Virus record (IMG/VR): IMGVR_UViG_3300036937_000041
Span: 26,369-90,368 of that record
Reading direction: 5' to 3' (one strand)
DNA length: 64,000 nt
DNA from: a virus
Part shown: piece by piece, positions 8,100 to 17,762 of the stretch
How the letters are laid out: each line of letters starts with the position of its first letter
Numbering within the stretch: position 1 is the stretch's first letter
Program-made: the position numbers and the translations under genes
The notes under the pieces: model-generated
The model's input: the letters and a program-made list of their open reading frames with translations, nothing else
Told to the model about the DNA's origin: nothing
The model's database searches: none

Positions 8100-9549
8100 A
8101 CAGCTTCATGTTCTTTATCTCAGAGGTTGTCGTCGCGGCTCCGCGCTCGACCGCCAATATGTAGTCAAATATCTTGTCCGACCAGCCTGCGATGGTGTTC
8201 ACCCGCTGGCCGACAACCTGGGTCGTCCCATGCCCGGCCAAGTCCACTATGTGCAGCCAACATTCGGGGGCCACCGACGACCAATATTGGGCCATCATCT
8301 GCTGCAGTGTTGCACTGCTGCTCCACAGGTCATCCCACAGCTGAACATCGGTAAAGATTATAATCCGATCCAGCTTGATGTTGTTCCGCAGCGCGTACTC
8401 GACCACTTTATACCCGTTGGTAGACCCTCCGACATGTGTGTGCATAAACATCTCGGCGCTGGCCAGCGGATCGGCGCCGGTCGGCATGCTAACGATCGAA
8501 AACTCTGTGCCGAACACCGAGGTCAGGGCCTCGGGTGTCCGAGAGGCCACGAGCGCCATCGCCAGGTTGGCAATATCTCTGCGCAAGATCGATGACTTAG
8601 CGGATATACGATCGTTCATCGACCTGCTGTTGTCCGCCGAGCACAAGGTCGCCCCCGGAAACACCGGCAGGTTGGGCACCGAGCGCCGTATGCAGACGGT
8701 CAACGAGTCCAGGACGGTCCGCATACCGAACGCGGCCGCCTGCAGGTCCCGGATCTCCCGATATGCCGAGTAGTATCTGAAGGGGAACTGCTTGGCCTTG
8801 GCAATCTGCTGCGGGTCTTCAAGCTTGGCCAGCAACACCGGGAGCTTAGCCGCCTCGGCGAGCAAGATATTACGCAGATTGCGCAACCCCGCCATATACC
8901 CAAGTTTATCTTCCTCGATCAGCCTGTTCCACGCACCCGCCTTATCCTGCGCGGCCGAGAGCGCGACCTCCCAGGTGTCCGCGGGGGCCAGCGTGCCGTC
9001 CAGCACAGACTTCCACAGACGAGATTGTTCATCATCTTTCGGCCTGGGGTGCGCCAGCTTAATCACGTCCGCCAGCTTGATCTTCCCCCGGCCGCCATTG
9101 TACTTGGCCAGCTGATATGCGTCAAAGGCGGCCAAACACTCGGCCATGCCCTTTCGAGCACCATGGTGAACGCGGATCAGCTTCGGATCCAGCTTGTTGA
9201 CCGCGGCCACAAACTCACGCAGCTGGTCTACACGGATGATCACCCGGCGCATCGCCGGGCGCAACCACTTACTGTGCCTGCGGGCCAGCCTGGCCAACAG
9301 CGCGACCGGCAACGTCCGCAGGTGCGCGCTCTCCCGAGCGTACACGGCCGCCCGGGCGACAAATCCGTCGTCAAGCTGATCGGCAAGGTTGAGCAACCGC
9401 GCTGTCGTATTCCCGTAAAATGAGGGCTCGTTGTACAAGCAGGTGAGCACCCCGGTCACAAACTCTTCCTCCGGGTGCAGCTTATACGCCGGATGCCCCT
9501 CGTGGTTTACCATGCGGGTCGTCATCCTATCTGGATTGATCTTGGTCAT
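8098..9549 (-). CDS. rsr: Ro60/Rsr TROVE-domain RNA-binding protein with C-terminal vWA domain
   Basis: VNHEGHPAY, FYG, FDAYQLAKY, DVIKLAHPRP, TWEVALS, LGYMAGLRNLRN, KQFPFRYYSAY, MIDAS DNSRSM, IIIFTD.Q, AGWSDKIF. AGGAGG SD and own promoter support the MTKINP start at 9549. Confidence 0.95.
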   Translation of the reverse strand: MTKINPDRMTTRMVNHEGHPAYKLHPEEEFVTGVLTCLYNEPSFYGNTTARLLNLADQLDDGFVARAAVYARESAHLRTLPVALLARLARRHSKWLRPAMRRVIIRVDQLREFVAAVNKLDPKLIRVHHGARKGMAECLAAFDAYQLAKYNGGRGKIKLADVIKLAHPRPKDDEQSRLWKSVLDGTLAPADTWEVALSAAQDKAGAWNRLIEEDKLGYMAGLRNLRNILLAEAAKLPVLLAKLEDPQQIAKAKQFPFRYYSAYREIRDLQAAAFGMRTVLDSLTVCIRRSVPNLPVFPGATLCSADNSRSMNDRISAKSSILRRDIANLAMALVASRTPEALTSVFGTEFSIVSMPTGADPLASAEMFMHTHVGGSTNGYKVVEYALRNNIKLDRIIIFTDVQLWDDLWSSSATLQQMMAQYWSSVAPECWLHIVDLAGHGTTQVVGQRVNTIAGWSDKIFDYILAVERGAATTTSEIKNMKL

Positions 9550-9576
9550 CAAAACCTCCTTTACAACTTCTAGTCT

Positions 9577-9585
9577 ATTATACGC
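9577..9585 (-). promoter_or_regulatory. GCGTATAAT promoter of the Ro60-Y RNA cassette
   Basis: Exact motif 28 nt upstream of the rsr ATG. Confidence 0.8.
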
Positions 9586-9589
9586 AATA

Positions 9590-9955
9590 TCAATCCCGTT
9601 TACGATTCTTTTTTCCACGTTTTTTCCGCTTGTTCACCGGCTGCCCGGCCTCGATCAGCACCAGGCCCGCCTTCTCAGCCGGTTGAACGTCTTCCTTGGC
9701 GTACATCACGGGCGTACCCTTTTCCCGATCGAAGGCGATTATCTTCCCAATATGGCGCCGGTTGTCCACCCCCATGTAAAAGCACGGTCTGCCGATTATG
9801 TTAATCCGTTTGAGCCGCTGGTCGCGCATTTTCCTCGTCCGCTCCGAGTAGATGACCACCGGAATCGCCTCCTCCGGATCACAGGGGGTGCCGCGCAGCC
9901 CCTTGAGCTCCAAGTCAGATGAGTAGTCTACAACGTTATTCGGATCCACGCTCAC
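9590..9955 (-). CDS. Hypothetical protein with basic C-terminus
   Basis: AGGAG SD, GTG start. Confidence 0.65.
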   Translation of the reverse strand: MSVDPNNVVDYSSDLELKGLRGTPCDPEEAIPVVIYSERTRKMRDQRLKRINIIGRPCFYMGVDNRRHIGKIIAFDREKGTPVMYAKEDVQPAEKAGLVLIEAGQPVNKRKKRGKKNRKRD

Positions 9956-9989
9956 CTCCTAGTAACATATTCATATCCCATATTAATAA

Positions 9990-10261
9990 TCACAGGGGTT
10001 TCCATCGGGGCATCAACTCCTCTACGTCTATGGTACAGCGCACCACGGTCAGCCCCAGGGCCTTCAGACGGGCACACAGACACCCGGGGCAGAGCAGCCC
10101 CGCGCCCTTGACCTTCGAGGGGCGCTTATCCGCTCCCACAGGCTATCCTGGATCACCAGGTCGGCCGGGAACTTGTCGACGGGGAGCCCACAGTCATAGC
10201 ACTCCCCTCGAATATCCGTATCATACTTCTTAAGCGGATTCTGTGATGTTGGTCTGGCCAC
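9990..10261 (-). pseudogene. Frameshifted zinc-binding protein gene
   Basis: Frame 1 gives CYDCG..DLVIQDSLWERI; the expected continuation GAGLLCPGCLCARLKALG is in another frame after about 10120. Confidence 0.55.
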
Positions 10262-10559
10262 GCAGATACTCCTCTACTCGTTTACGCACCACCGGATCAG
10301 AATCGAATGCATGTATGTAGCGCAGCAGCGCATGGGCGTCGGCCATGCACACGCGTTTGCTCCAGTCAAGAGCGTCCGCGCGCGATCTGATGCCCGCCCC
10401 CTGGTGGGGGCACGAGGGGCCGACAACCGGGTGCACCCACTCCTGCGCCTTAACACTAAAGTTCAGTTTCGTGCCACAATGAGGGCAGGCGGGCAATCTC
10501 CACTCGGGTATGTTATTCGAGTATGGATCGTCTGCCTTTTTTACCTCTTCCATAGTCAA
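10230..10559 (-). CDS. Hypothetical zinc-ribbon protein
   Basis: CPHCG..H....C; AGGAG SD. Confidence 0.6.
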   Translation of the reverse strand: MTMEEVKKADDPYSNNIPEWRLPACPHCGTKLNFSVKAQEWVHPVVGPSCPHQGAGIRSRADALDWSKRVCMADAHALLRYIHAFDSDPVVRKRVEEYLRGQTNITESA

Positions 10560-10740
10560 CTCCTATTAAGGTGATCAATATAACTAAAAAGACCAGAAAG
10601 GAGATCAGGATGCCCCTGACCTCCCACGGTATATATGGGTCGAATAAGACGATCAGCCCAAGGCATGCCCAGACCACAACCAGGTAGATGATGATCGTCG
10701 CCTGGACTACCAAGCTTACCCGCGGCTTATCTATTGACAT
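10513..10740 (-). CDS. Small two-TM membrane protein
   Basis: Two hydrophobic stretches. Confidence 0.6.
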   Translation of the reverse strand: MSIDKPRVSLVVQATIIIYLVVVWACLGLIVLFDPYIPWEVRGILISFLVFLVILITLIGVDYGRGKKGRRSILE

Positions 10741-11282
10741 TTTACCCTACTCCACACGGTTCTCCGCAGGCAACGCGGGCAGTCTGCGATCGTCAGGGCC
10801 TCGTTGTTAACCAGTCTAAAATATACATTGAGATTATGCTGACAGTTAGAACATTTCGAGTTGACCAGCAGCTCAGCGGGTCCAACCTCTTCGGGGGTGA
10901 TGTGCGTCCACGATCTGTGCTCTTCAGCGGGAGTGTGGTCAAGTTGTGTGGGTAGAAGTACCCCAGGCGTATACGGACCATATTCGCCCAGCCATTCGTC
11001 GACCGCCCGTGGGAAGTTGTCTTTCAATATTTTTTTATCCACATAAATTCTTTTCCCACATTTCACACATTCGAGTAGCGAATCACCACGCCACACGCTG
11101 CTGGACAAGCTAATAATCTTCCACTGCTTATGACGGCAAAAGATATTTTTTAGGAAGGGGAGCAACCGCCGTAGCGCACTCGGTGCATATCGTTTCAGGT
11201 CAGCGTTGTCTATGCTGATCATACGCCATCCAATGTGGCCAGGCATTTCAGAGCGCAGCACCGCAGGTCGACGTCGGTCCAC
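10731..11282 (-). CDS. Hypothetical Cys-rich protein
   Basis: FCRHK..ECVKCGK and CSNC..CPRC motifs; true start probably near 11222. Confidence 0.6.
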   Translation of the reverse strand: MDRRRPAVLRSEMPGHIGWRMISIDNADLKRYAPSALRRLLPFLKNIFCRHKQWKIISLSSSVWRGDSLLECVKCGKRIYVDKKILKDNFPRAVDEWLGEYGPYTPGVLLPTQLDHTPAEEHRSWTHITPEEVGPAELLVNSKCSNCQHNLNVYFRLVNNEALTIADCPRCLRRTVWSRVKCQ

Positions 11283-11551
11283 CGATGCTCATCGAGCTCA
11301 ATCACATAATTGAGATCCTGCTTGGACAACCGCAGGCCCTGGTCGGCCGTCAGACCGGCCAGCACCGCGGCAAACACTTTATCGACCTCGGGGATGGCCA
11401 CCGCCGCACCCTTGGGGTACGCGGCGCCAGCGGACAGGACCAGCACATCCCCATCACGATCGGCCACAAAGTAAGTGGGTGCCTCCTGATCGTAGCCGCG
11501 GCTCCTCCACCCAGCACACAGGTCATACAATTTCTTTTGATCTTCGGTCAT
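11219..11551 (-). CDS. Hypothetical protein (paralogue family with 14236-14712)
   Basis: AGGAG SD before MTEDQ; LYDLC..G..Q and IPEVDKV motifs; promoter at 11577-11585. Confidence 0.65.
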   Translation of the reverse strand: MTEDQKKLYDLCAGWRSRGYDQEAPTYFVADRDGDVLVLSAGAAYPKGAAVAIPEVDKVFAAVLAGLTADQGLRLSKQDLNYVIELDEHRWTDVDLRCCALKCLATLDGV

Positions 11552-11590
11552 CTGCTCTCCTTTGCACACGTAAATCATTATACGCGATAA

Positions 11591-11767
11591 TTAACGCCCG
11601 GGGATCCGCACATTTGATCTGTTGATTATCTTTTCCAAACGATCCTGATAACATTCCCGACAGAGTAACTTTGCGTTTCTGTAATTGACCAGGTCAGCCG
11701 GGTAGTTCCAGCAATGGCAGTCGTCGCAGCGTAGACGGCCAGCCCCGTCCTTTGCCCGCTCGGTCAT
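11591..11767 (-). CDS. 58-aa zinc-finger peptide
   Basis: Manual translation MTERAKDGAGRLRCDDC..LLCRECY; ATGA-coupled. Confidence 0.55.
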   Translation of the reverse strand: MTERAKDGAGRLRCDDCHCWNYPADLVNYRNAKLLCRECYQDRLEKIINRSNVRIPGR

Positions 11768-12033
11768 TCTAACTCCCGATCCGATAAGAGTTTGTTGGTA
11801 CGGACAATCTCCTCCGTGCTGATCTCGCCCATTACCGATATGTTCATCTTAAATGCGTGATTGCGAACACCGCAAACGGGACATATCCAATGCGTTGGGA
11901 CTATTTTCTGTAATGATTCCATTTTGAATAACCTCTTTATCGTCCGGTGACACTCTGCACATTCAAAATCAACTTCAAGGGGTCTCTCCAACGCCAAGAT
12001 CGGGAGCCCAGCCATGTCTTCTCGCTCGGTCAT
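11764..12033 (-). CDS. Zinc-ribbon protein
   Basis: CAEC..CPVC; GGAGG SD. Confidence 0.65.
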   Translation of the reverse strand: MTEREDMAGLPILALERPLEVDFECAECHRTIKRLFKMESLQKIVPTHWICPVCGVRNHAFKMNISVMGEISTEEIVRTNKLLSDRELE

Positions 12034-12261
12034 TTCCCCTCCTTGCGAATCTTCTTGAGTGCTTTACACGCAGCATAATACGACCAATATACCTCAGAAA
12101 TCGAAGTAGGAAACGGATTCGGATAGGAATGGCCGCCCAAATTGAACACAAGCCATCCACGTCCGTCACTGGTTATACCCCGAACCCAAGCCTTTGCCAC
12201 TCGCGTGGTCACTCGGTTGATAACCCAACAAGGATTACCGATGTCGTAATCAATAAACTTC

Positions 12262-12552
12262 TCAGCCATTGCTCCCCTCCTCAACGGTTCCGGTGTCAAT
12301 GAATTCATCTTCCCATTCATAATAAACGTTCGGATTGTGATCGCTCCAGATCGAGACAGCGGCGGCCTGAGCGCATACGGGAATTGGTTTGCCACACTGG
12401 TCACAGCAGTAGCTTCCCTTCGTTTCCCCTCGAACGTATTTGAGGTGCTCGCCCGGATAAGGATCGGCGAGCACACCGCTTTCCAGCCGAATTAGCCCCA
12501 GCGTTTTCTTCCACCGCTCAAGGCAATCAAGGCAAACGATTTCACGCTTCAT
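12262..12552 (-). CDS. Zinc-binding hypothetical protein
   Basis: CLDC..CDQCG; GGAGGGG SD. Confidence 0.65.
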   Translation of the reverse strand: MKREIVCLDCLERWKKTLGLIRLESGVLADPYPGEHLKYVRGETKGSYCCDQCGKPIPVCAQAAAVSIWSDHNPNVYYEWEDEFIDTGTVEEGSNG

Positions 12553-12841
12553 TGCTCCCCTCCTTCACCTTGTCGACCTCAGGGAGATCATAGAACAGAT
12601 AATCACATTCCGCGCGGTATCCCTTTCGTGTCTGTTCGGTCCAATAGACATCGAACTTGGCTGCCAGTACAAGGGCATGGAGACGCCCGGCCAGAATCAT
12701 CGCCTCCCGATAATGCCCGTCAGGATACTTTTCCCGGTGCTCTGAGATGAGCTGCTCAACTCGTTTCGACAGCCCTTCCCGGTCAAGCTCGGCTCCGGCT
12801 TTTCGCAGCTTCTTAGATTCTTCAAGTGCTTGTATGCTCAT
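12542..12841 (-). CDS. Hypothetical protein
   Basis: MSIQALEES start, GGAG SD. Confidence 0.6.
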   Translation of the reverse strand: MSIQALEESKKLRKAGAELDREGLSKRVEQLISEHREKYPDGHYREAMILAGRLHALVLAAKFDVYWTEQTRKGYRAECDYLFYDLPEVDKVKEGSNEA

Positions 12842-13075
12842 TTCTTCTCTCCAATCTTGTTTACGACCTGCCGGACGAGGTCGAGAAGGGCGGCTTCGCG
12901 GGAGTCGCCAGATGCTTGCCCCCAGATAGGCCACGCCCCACAACTACCGTCTGAAGCATAGACGATATATTCGTGTCCTCCCGGTGAAAAGTGGGACCAC
13001 TGGAGACTCAAATCCTTACCGCTTGAGTTCCTGCGCTGTCTCGCGTTCTACATGGTCTGGTTTTATGTCACTCAT
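12838..13075 (-). pseudogene. Decayed small gene (in-frame TAA plus frameshift/deletion)
   Basis: MSDIKPDHVERETAQELKR*GFESP has a TAA at 13016-13018; C-terminal SGDSREAALLDL lies in another frame ending at the next ATGA. Confidence 0.5.
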
Positions 13076-13374
13076 CTTCCTTCTCCTCTCGGTCGTCCGA
13101 GTTCTGTCTCCTTCAATCGGTTGAGAAAAGCCTCTATTCGGTTATTCATCTGCGATTCTTTGTAGCTCGGTGAGTCGCGATAAACTTCCGTTATTTGTCC
13201 AAGCAACTCGACAGCCTCATCGAAGTTGTTTGTGGCGAAGGCCGCAATATCAAGATTGTATATAGGATCGCCATTGGAATCCTGTAGCGCCGTATAGCTA
13301 ATATCGTCATCACAAGCCTCCATACACTCCCAGCCGACGCTGACCGGCAGTTTATATTCATCTCCGATCTTCAT
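13072..13374 (-). CDS. Hypothetical protein (paralogue of 13649-13903)
   Basis: Shared NNFDEAV.LL and FLNRLKE. Confidence 0.7.
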   Translation of the reverse strand: MKIGDEYKLPVSVGWECMEACDDDISYTALQDSNGDPIYNLDIAAFATNNFDEAVELLGQITEVYRDSPSYKESQMNNRIEAFLNRLKETELGRPRGEGR

Positions 13375-13652
13375 TCCTCATCCTTGAACCACGAGTTAGC
13401 TGTTGAATCCCACCACAAGCTGTCGTGGGCGTCTGGCTGTGCGCGTTTTAACTCAAGCCAGTGCTGAACCAGGTCGATCTTATCCGATGTCAAAGCCCCC
13501 GGCCGCCATTGAATCTCCACCCCGTTCCACGATGCTGATTCCCAGTACGTTGAAGGCTTTTGATGGTGTTTCTGCCACGCCTGATATGAAATGTTACCAA
13601 TAAGCGACGCGAGTACAAAACAGATCAACCAAACAAGAATCATCTTTTTCAT
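13371..13652 (-). CDS. Exported or membrane-anchored small protein
   Basis: MKK plus hydrophobic N-terminus. Confidence 0.65.
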   Translation of the reverse strand: MKKMILVWLICFVLASLIGNISYQAWQKHHQKPSTYWESASWNGVEIQWRPGALTSDKIDLVQHWLELKRAQPDAHDSLWWDSTANSWFKDEE

Positions 13653-13903
13653 TGCCCCTCCTCCTTCAATCGGTTGAGGAAATCATATACCGCGTTACAG
13701 CAGTCTATGGAATCAATCTTATCCTTGATCGCATCCAACAACCCCACAGCCTCGTCGAAGTTGTTGATGGCGCGACAAATAGCATTGCCATCTTGAGGAT
13801 CAATGTCAGCAATGAATCGCCCCTGAGCATCAAGAAGCTTAAACGATCCATCGGGATACTCCAAAGTAGACAAGGGAAGTCTGGTGTCCCATTTGATACT
13901 CAT
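13649..13903 (-). CDS. Hypothetical protein (paralogue of 13072-13374)
   Basis: Shared NNFDEAV.LL and FLNRLKE; GGAGG SD. Confidence 0.7.
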   Translation of the reverse strand: MSIKWDTRLPLSTLEYPDGSFKLLDAQGRFIADIDPQDGNAICRAINNFDEAVGLLDAIKDKIDSIDCCNAVYDFLNRLKEEGQ

Positions 13904-14055
13904 TTCTCCTCCTTGCCAATGGCGCGATTATAGCAATACATACAGACATAGAAACCGCCGTCCCCTTCGCATCCTGCACAGCAAGACCATCCTGTCCCAT
14001 CACAGTCTTCACACGGGACCCAATCCATTTCTCCCCCGCACTTAGGACAGTTCAT
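13900..14055 (-). CDS. 51-aa DnaJ-type CxxCxGxG zinc-finger peptide
   Basis: Manual translation MNCPKCGGEMDWVPCEDCDGTGWSCCAGCEGDGGFYVCMYC. Confidence 0.6.
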   Translation of the reverse strand: MNCPKCGGEMDWVPCEDCDGTGWSCCAGCEGDGGFYVCMYCYNRAIGKEEK

Positions 14056-14239
14056 CGGGAGCCTCCTCGCAGCTCGCCTCAGATATTTTTTGCCTGACGG
14101 CCTTGAGTGTTTGAACCCTTGCCCCGTTCATCAAACGCCGCACCTCGTCATCAACTCGGTGTGATCTGATAAACTCGATCTCGTCATTGATAATCTGAAT
14201 CGCCTTGGTCTTTGTAATGATATTTGTCTTTACGTTCAT
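14042..14239 (-). CDS. Hypothetical protein
   Basis: GGAGG SD, ATGA coupling. Confidence 0.6.
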   Translation of the reverse strand: MNVKTNIITKTKAIQIINDEIEFIRSHRVDDEVRRLMNGARVQTLKAVRQKISEASCEEAPDELS

Positions 14240-14712
14240 TTCGCCTCCAGTATGGCGATAAGTGCCTTCAAGGCGGCCTTGAGACGGCTATCGGCGTGAA
14301 TGTGAGTTGTAACCGAACTGCCGATCTTCTTGACTGTCATGCGATACAGACCGTCATATTCCTTTGATCCGCCCAGTTGAGATTCGTACCCCCGTTCCTC
14401 GATCTCGTTGAGGACGGTGTCCAAGTCGGGGATACCGACAAAATTGTAATCAATATCCCGCATTTCAGCACTCATGTTTTTCATGATTTGGCGAAATGTT
14501 CGGCCCCAATAACCACGGCCGGGACCCAACATTGGTTCTATTTTCATGATATCAATTTCTCTAAGGTGCACAATAGTTCCGGGCATTAAAACATTTGCGG
14601 TTCCACTCTCGAAATCCGGGGCAGTAAAGTATCCTTCTCGACAGATATCTTGCAGCCAGCCGGCCTCTTTCCGCTTGAGGCAGAGGTCATAGAGTTCTCG
14701 GTCAATGTTCAT
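14236..14712 (-). CDS. Hypothetical protein (paralogue family with 11219-11551)
   Basis: LYDLC..AGW.Q, IPDLDTV, SRLKAALKAL. Confidence 0.7.
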   Translation of the reverse strand: MNIDRELYDLCLKRKEAGWLQDICREGYFTAPDFESGTANVLMPGTIVHLREIDIMKIEPMLGPGRGYWGRTFRQIMKNMSAEMRDIDYNFVGIPDLDTVLNEIEERGYESQLGGSKEYDGLYRMTVKKIGSSVTTHIHADSRLKAALKALIAILEAK

Positions 14713-14884
14713 CGGTATCCTCTTTCTGCACGCCTTTTAGAATCACTATGTTGGGTTCCGTCTGGCCGGGGGTGGCGATAGCGGCGGCTACCCCGTCCGG
14801 CATATCCATAACCATGAGCCTTATCGTCTGGCCACATACTGTGATGGTCTCGATGTTCATCTTAGTCTATTATACGCATAGAAG

Positions 14885-15217
14885 TTAGTCGCCCTTCTTC
14901 ATTTCCTCGGCCGCCCGCTGGCCCGCCATTGCCATTAGTATTTCGCTCTGCCGTGTCTGCCAAGCTTGTGCCCGCGCAAGCTCATCGGCGAACAGCTGCT
15001 CATCCTCGTCGAGCACCCGACCTTCTTGGGCCATCCGACACGATGGCCCCGGCGGAAGATCACCGGCAAGCTGTGACAGTACCTTATTTTGAATCCGAAG
15101 ATAGCGGATGATCAACGCCGTCCGTTTTATGGCCCGGCGCTCACGTCTCTTCGAATCGTAGAACATTATAGACGCAAAAACAAGCAGCAGCGCTATGGTA
15201 ATAAACTTCTCGATCAT
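14885..15217 (-). CDS. Membrane-anchored hypothetical protein
   Basis: N-terminal TM segment. Confidence 0.6.
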   Translation of the reverse strand: MIEKFITIALLLVFASIMFYDSKRRERRAIKRTALIIRYLRIQNKVLSQLAGDLPPGPSCRMAQEGRVLDEDEQLFADELARAQAWQTRQSEILMAMAGQRAAEEMKKGD

Positions 15218-15695
15218 TGATGTCCACCTCTCTTTAACTCGGTTCGTATTTGTCCGAGCAGCGGGGCCACAAACTCGTCAACGGCGGGCTTAAGCCGCAG
15301 GGCAAACTCCTTATCGACGGTAAACACCTGACATACTCGGAGCATGCTCTTCTTGTCGAGAGGACACACGTGCCCAACACGCGGACCAGGATCGTCCACC
15401 CGACTACTGCTCATCTTTTTCCTCAAAACCGTCGCAAGACTGAAGCCATACTGGGTCGAAGTTGACCGGCCAGATAAACCAACCACGTTTGACCCCAGTA
15501 GGATGGCCAACGATATTCAGCTTCTTTGCATTCTCAGATAAGCCGAGCCCGATCCTCCCCACACCGGCCAGAATACCGAACACCTGGGCCATTGGATTGT
15601 CGAGCAGGTCGGCGTTTATCGGGTGCTTACATTGACTGTGGGCATTGCCCGGCAGCGTACCACGATATTTACAGTTATAGCAGTTCGGCCGACTA

Positions 15696-16268
15696 CTATC
15701 GTCCACGATCTTCCCCTCGATCATACGCCGACAGGTCAAACGTGTGTCCGTTCCCCTGACGGTCATGCCAGCAGAGGAGGATAGTCGTGTCACACCCACG
15801 GGCTGGCCGGGCGCCGGGGAGCAGCGTGTCCACGGAAAAGCTTACCCGACTGTACTTCCAAAGTTCGAGCGGGCTGCCGTCCAATATGTATTTAAGATCG
15901 TCGTAGTCCAACTTTCTGGAAAGCATGTCGGCAAATATGAGGGCCGTACTATCGGACACGCGATTCTGCTCTGTAGAAATGGAGTTGAACGCCAGGGCGG
16001 CCGCGTGATCGTCAACCAGATAATGCCGTTCATCCTCATGCAAGTAATAGAAGTCGTTGAAGCTCGTAGTCGCCCAGAACTTGACGGTATAGCAGATGTT
16101 CGCGGTCGCCAGCTCGTTGGGCACCGTCCACGAACAGTTGTAAAAGATGTCGATGGTCGACAGCGTATCGGCCGCCGCGTCCGACTGCGCTACTCTAATC
16201 GGATCTTGCTCGGCACATGAGATCATGGCCAAGCAGAACAGCCCGACGATTATCAACCGCAGTCGCAT
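15696..16268 (-). CDS. Putative lipoprotein
   Basis: MRLR, hydrophobic core, lipobox-like MISC at residue 18. Confidence 0.6.
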   Translation of the reverse strand: MRLRLIIVGLFCLAMISCAEQDPIRVAQSDAAADTLSTIDIFYNCSWTVPNELATANICYTVKFWATTSFNDFYYLHEDERHYLVDDHAAALAFNSISTEQNRVSDSTALIFADMLSRKLDYDDLKYILDGSPLELWKYSRVSFSVDTLLPGARPARGCDTTILLCWHDRQGNGHTFDLSAYDRGEDRGR

Positions 16269-16402
16269 ACCCTACTCTCCTTTCGGAACACCCGGGTAGG
16301 TGCTCCAATGATAATGGTGAACGACAGGGGTCGTCGGCCGCTCGTGCCGAACTATATGGCCGAAGAATATCGACCAGAAAAACAGGCCGCAAAGCAAGTA
16401 CC

Positions 16403-16816
16403 TCATACTCTGATCTCCTTTACTCTGTTAAGATATGTCTCTATTTGTCTGCACAAAACGGCGCCCGCGGTCGCGCGCGCACGCTCAAGCAACTCCGTGG
16501 TCACCTTTGAGTGGTACCCGATCATCAGGGTAAATATCATATCGGCGGTCATGCTGGTCAGCAGCTCCAGGGTAAGCTCCACGTCCAGCTTCCGCCTGTT
16601 CATATCCCGTTTAAACTCATATGCGAGGAAAATATTGCGCAACAACTCGATAGCCCACTGATGATCACTGTGCCGAGCAAGATCTTCGCACACCACCCCA
16701 TAGTCCCCACGAATATGCAGCTTAACATCTGTGCCCAAAACATGTAGGCATACCCTGCCCTCATCTTCGAGGGGAAGGATCTCGATGGTGATCTCCGGAG
16801 TCCAGGATATTCTCAT
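16403..16816 (-). CDS. Hypothetical protein
   Basis: AGGAGG SD before MRISWTP. Confidence 0.6.
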   Translation of the reverse strand: MRISWTPEITIEILPLEDEGRVCLHVLGTDVKLHIRGDYGVVCEDLARHSDHQWAIELLRNIFLAYEFKRDMNRRKLDVELTLELLTSMTADMIFTLMIGYHSKVTTELLERARATAGAVLCRQIETYLNRVKEIRV

Positions 16817-17392
16817 CTTACCTCCTGGACGGTCTTGCACACAGCACACCGGTGAACGCGCATCCGCGGCTGGCCGACCAGACGGCGAGTGCACTCGTGT
16901 ACCTCTCCCCACATATGGCGACCGCGGGCGCACAACCGCTTGCGGCTGCGCCGACGACACTTGGAGGCCCCCGGTTTTCTCATCGCCGGGCGCCCATGAT
17001 CAAGTTCACGCATCAGCTTGGTCAGCTTGTCCACTATCTGCCTCCTTTAGAAAAACATCATCCGGTACTTCATAAACACATCCGACATTGGCTGCCCGTG
17101 CCTCAACAAACTCAACATCAAAATCTGTATAAAATTCAACAGATTTAATCGAATCACAATCTATTTTCAGCGCATGAGCACACCAACAGCGGACAATCCT
17201 CTCCAGTGATACACTGCCGAGCCTAATCTTCATCGTCTGCTCCACTCTATAAAGTTGTCCACCTGGTCGGTCTCGGCCAAATATTGTACAGCCAATCTCC
17301 CTGAAGTCCTGCGGGCCAGCCAGCGCATCCGCCGCTTAGTCTGCGCATCCGGCTGGGGAAGCTTGGCCAACAGCTTGCGGTACTCCCGCACA

Positions 17393-17746
17393 TCATCTAT
17401 CAACGTCAAGATAAGCCGAATAATAGGCATTTGTACACGCTTCCTTTATCTTCTCAAAGTTAGGCCACAGGCGCTCGAACTCGATCTTACGCTCTCTGAC
17501 GTCCTCGGCGGCAAGCTGGGTAAACCCGGGAAAAGGATGATCCTGGGAGATGATCAGGCGCGGCCGCTTGCGCTTGCCCATGCTGCCCAACAGATCATGC
17601 CGCTCATACTCTACGGTGATCGCCACCGGCTTGCCCGCCCGATCGTCAACGATATCGATTATCTCGACCATCAACTCCGGTCTATCATCTGTACCGCGGC
17701 GTAGCCACCCGGTGAACAACAGCCGTTCTCTTACTTGATTATCCAT
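17393..17746 (-). CDS. Hypothetical protein, leaderless
   Basis: gcgTATAATaagatATG (motif at 17752-17760). Confidence 0.7.
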   Translation of the reverse strand: MDNQVRERLLFTGWLRRGTDDRPELMVEIIDIVDDRAGKPVAITVEYERHDLLGSMGKRKRPRLIISQDHPFPGFTQLAAEDVRERKIEFERLWPNFEKIKEACTNAYYSAYLDVDR

Positions 17747-17762
17747 ATCTTATTATACGCTA

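Noticed and set aside
13016-13018. Stop-codon reassignment suggested by an in-frame TAA
   Set aside because: Isolated case accompanied by a frameshift; TAA, TAG and TGA all terminate intact genes elsewhere.
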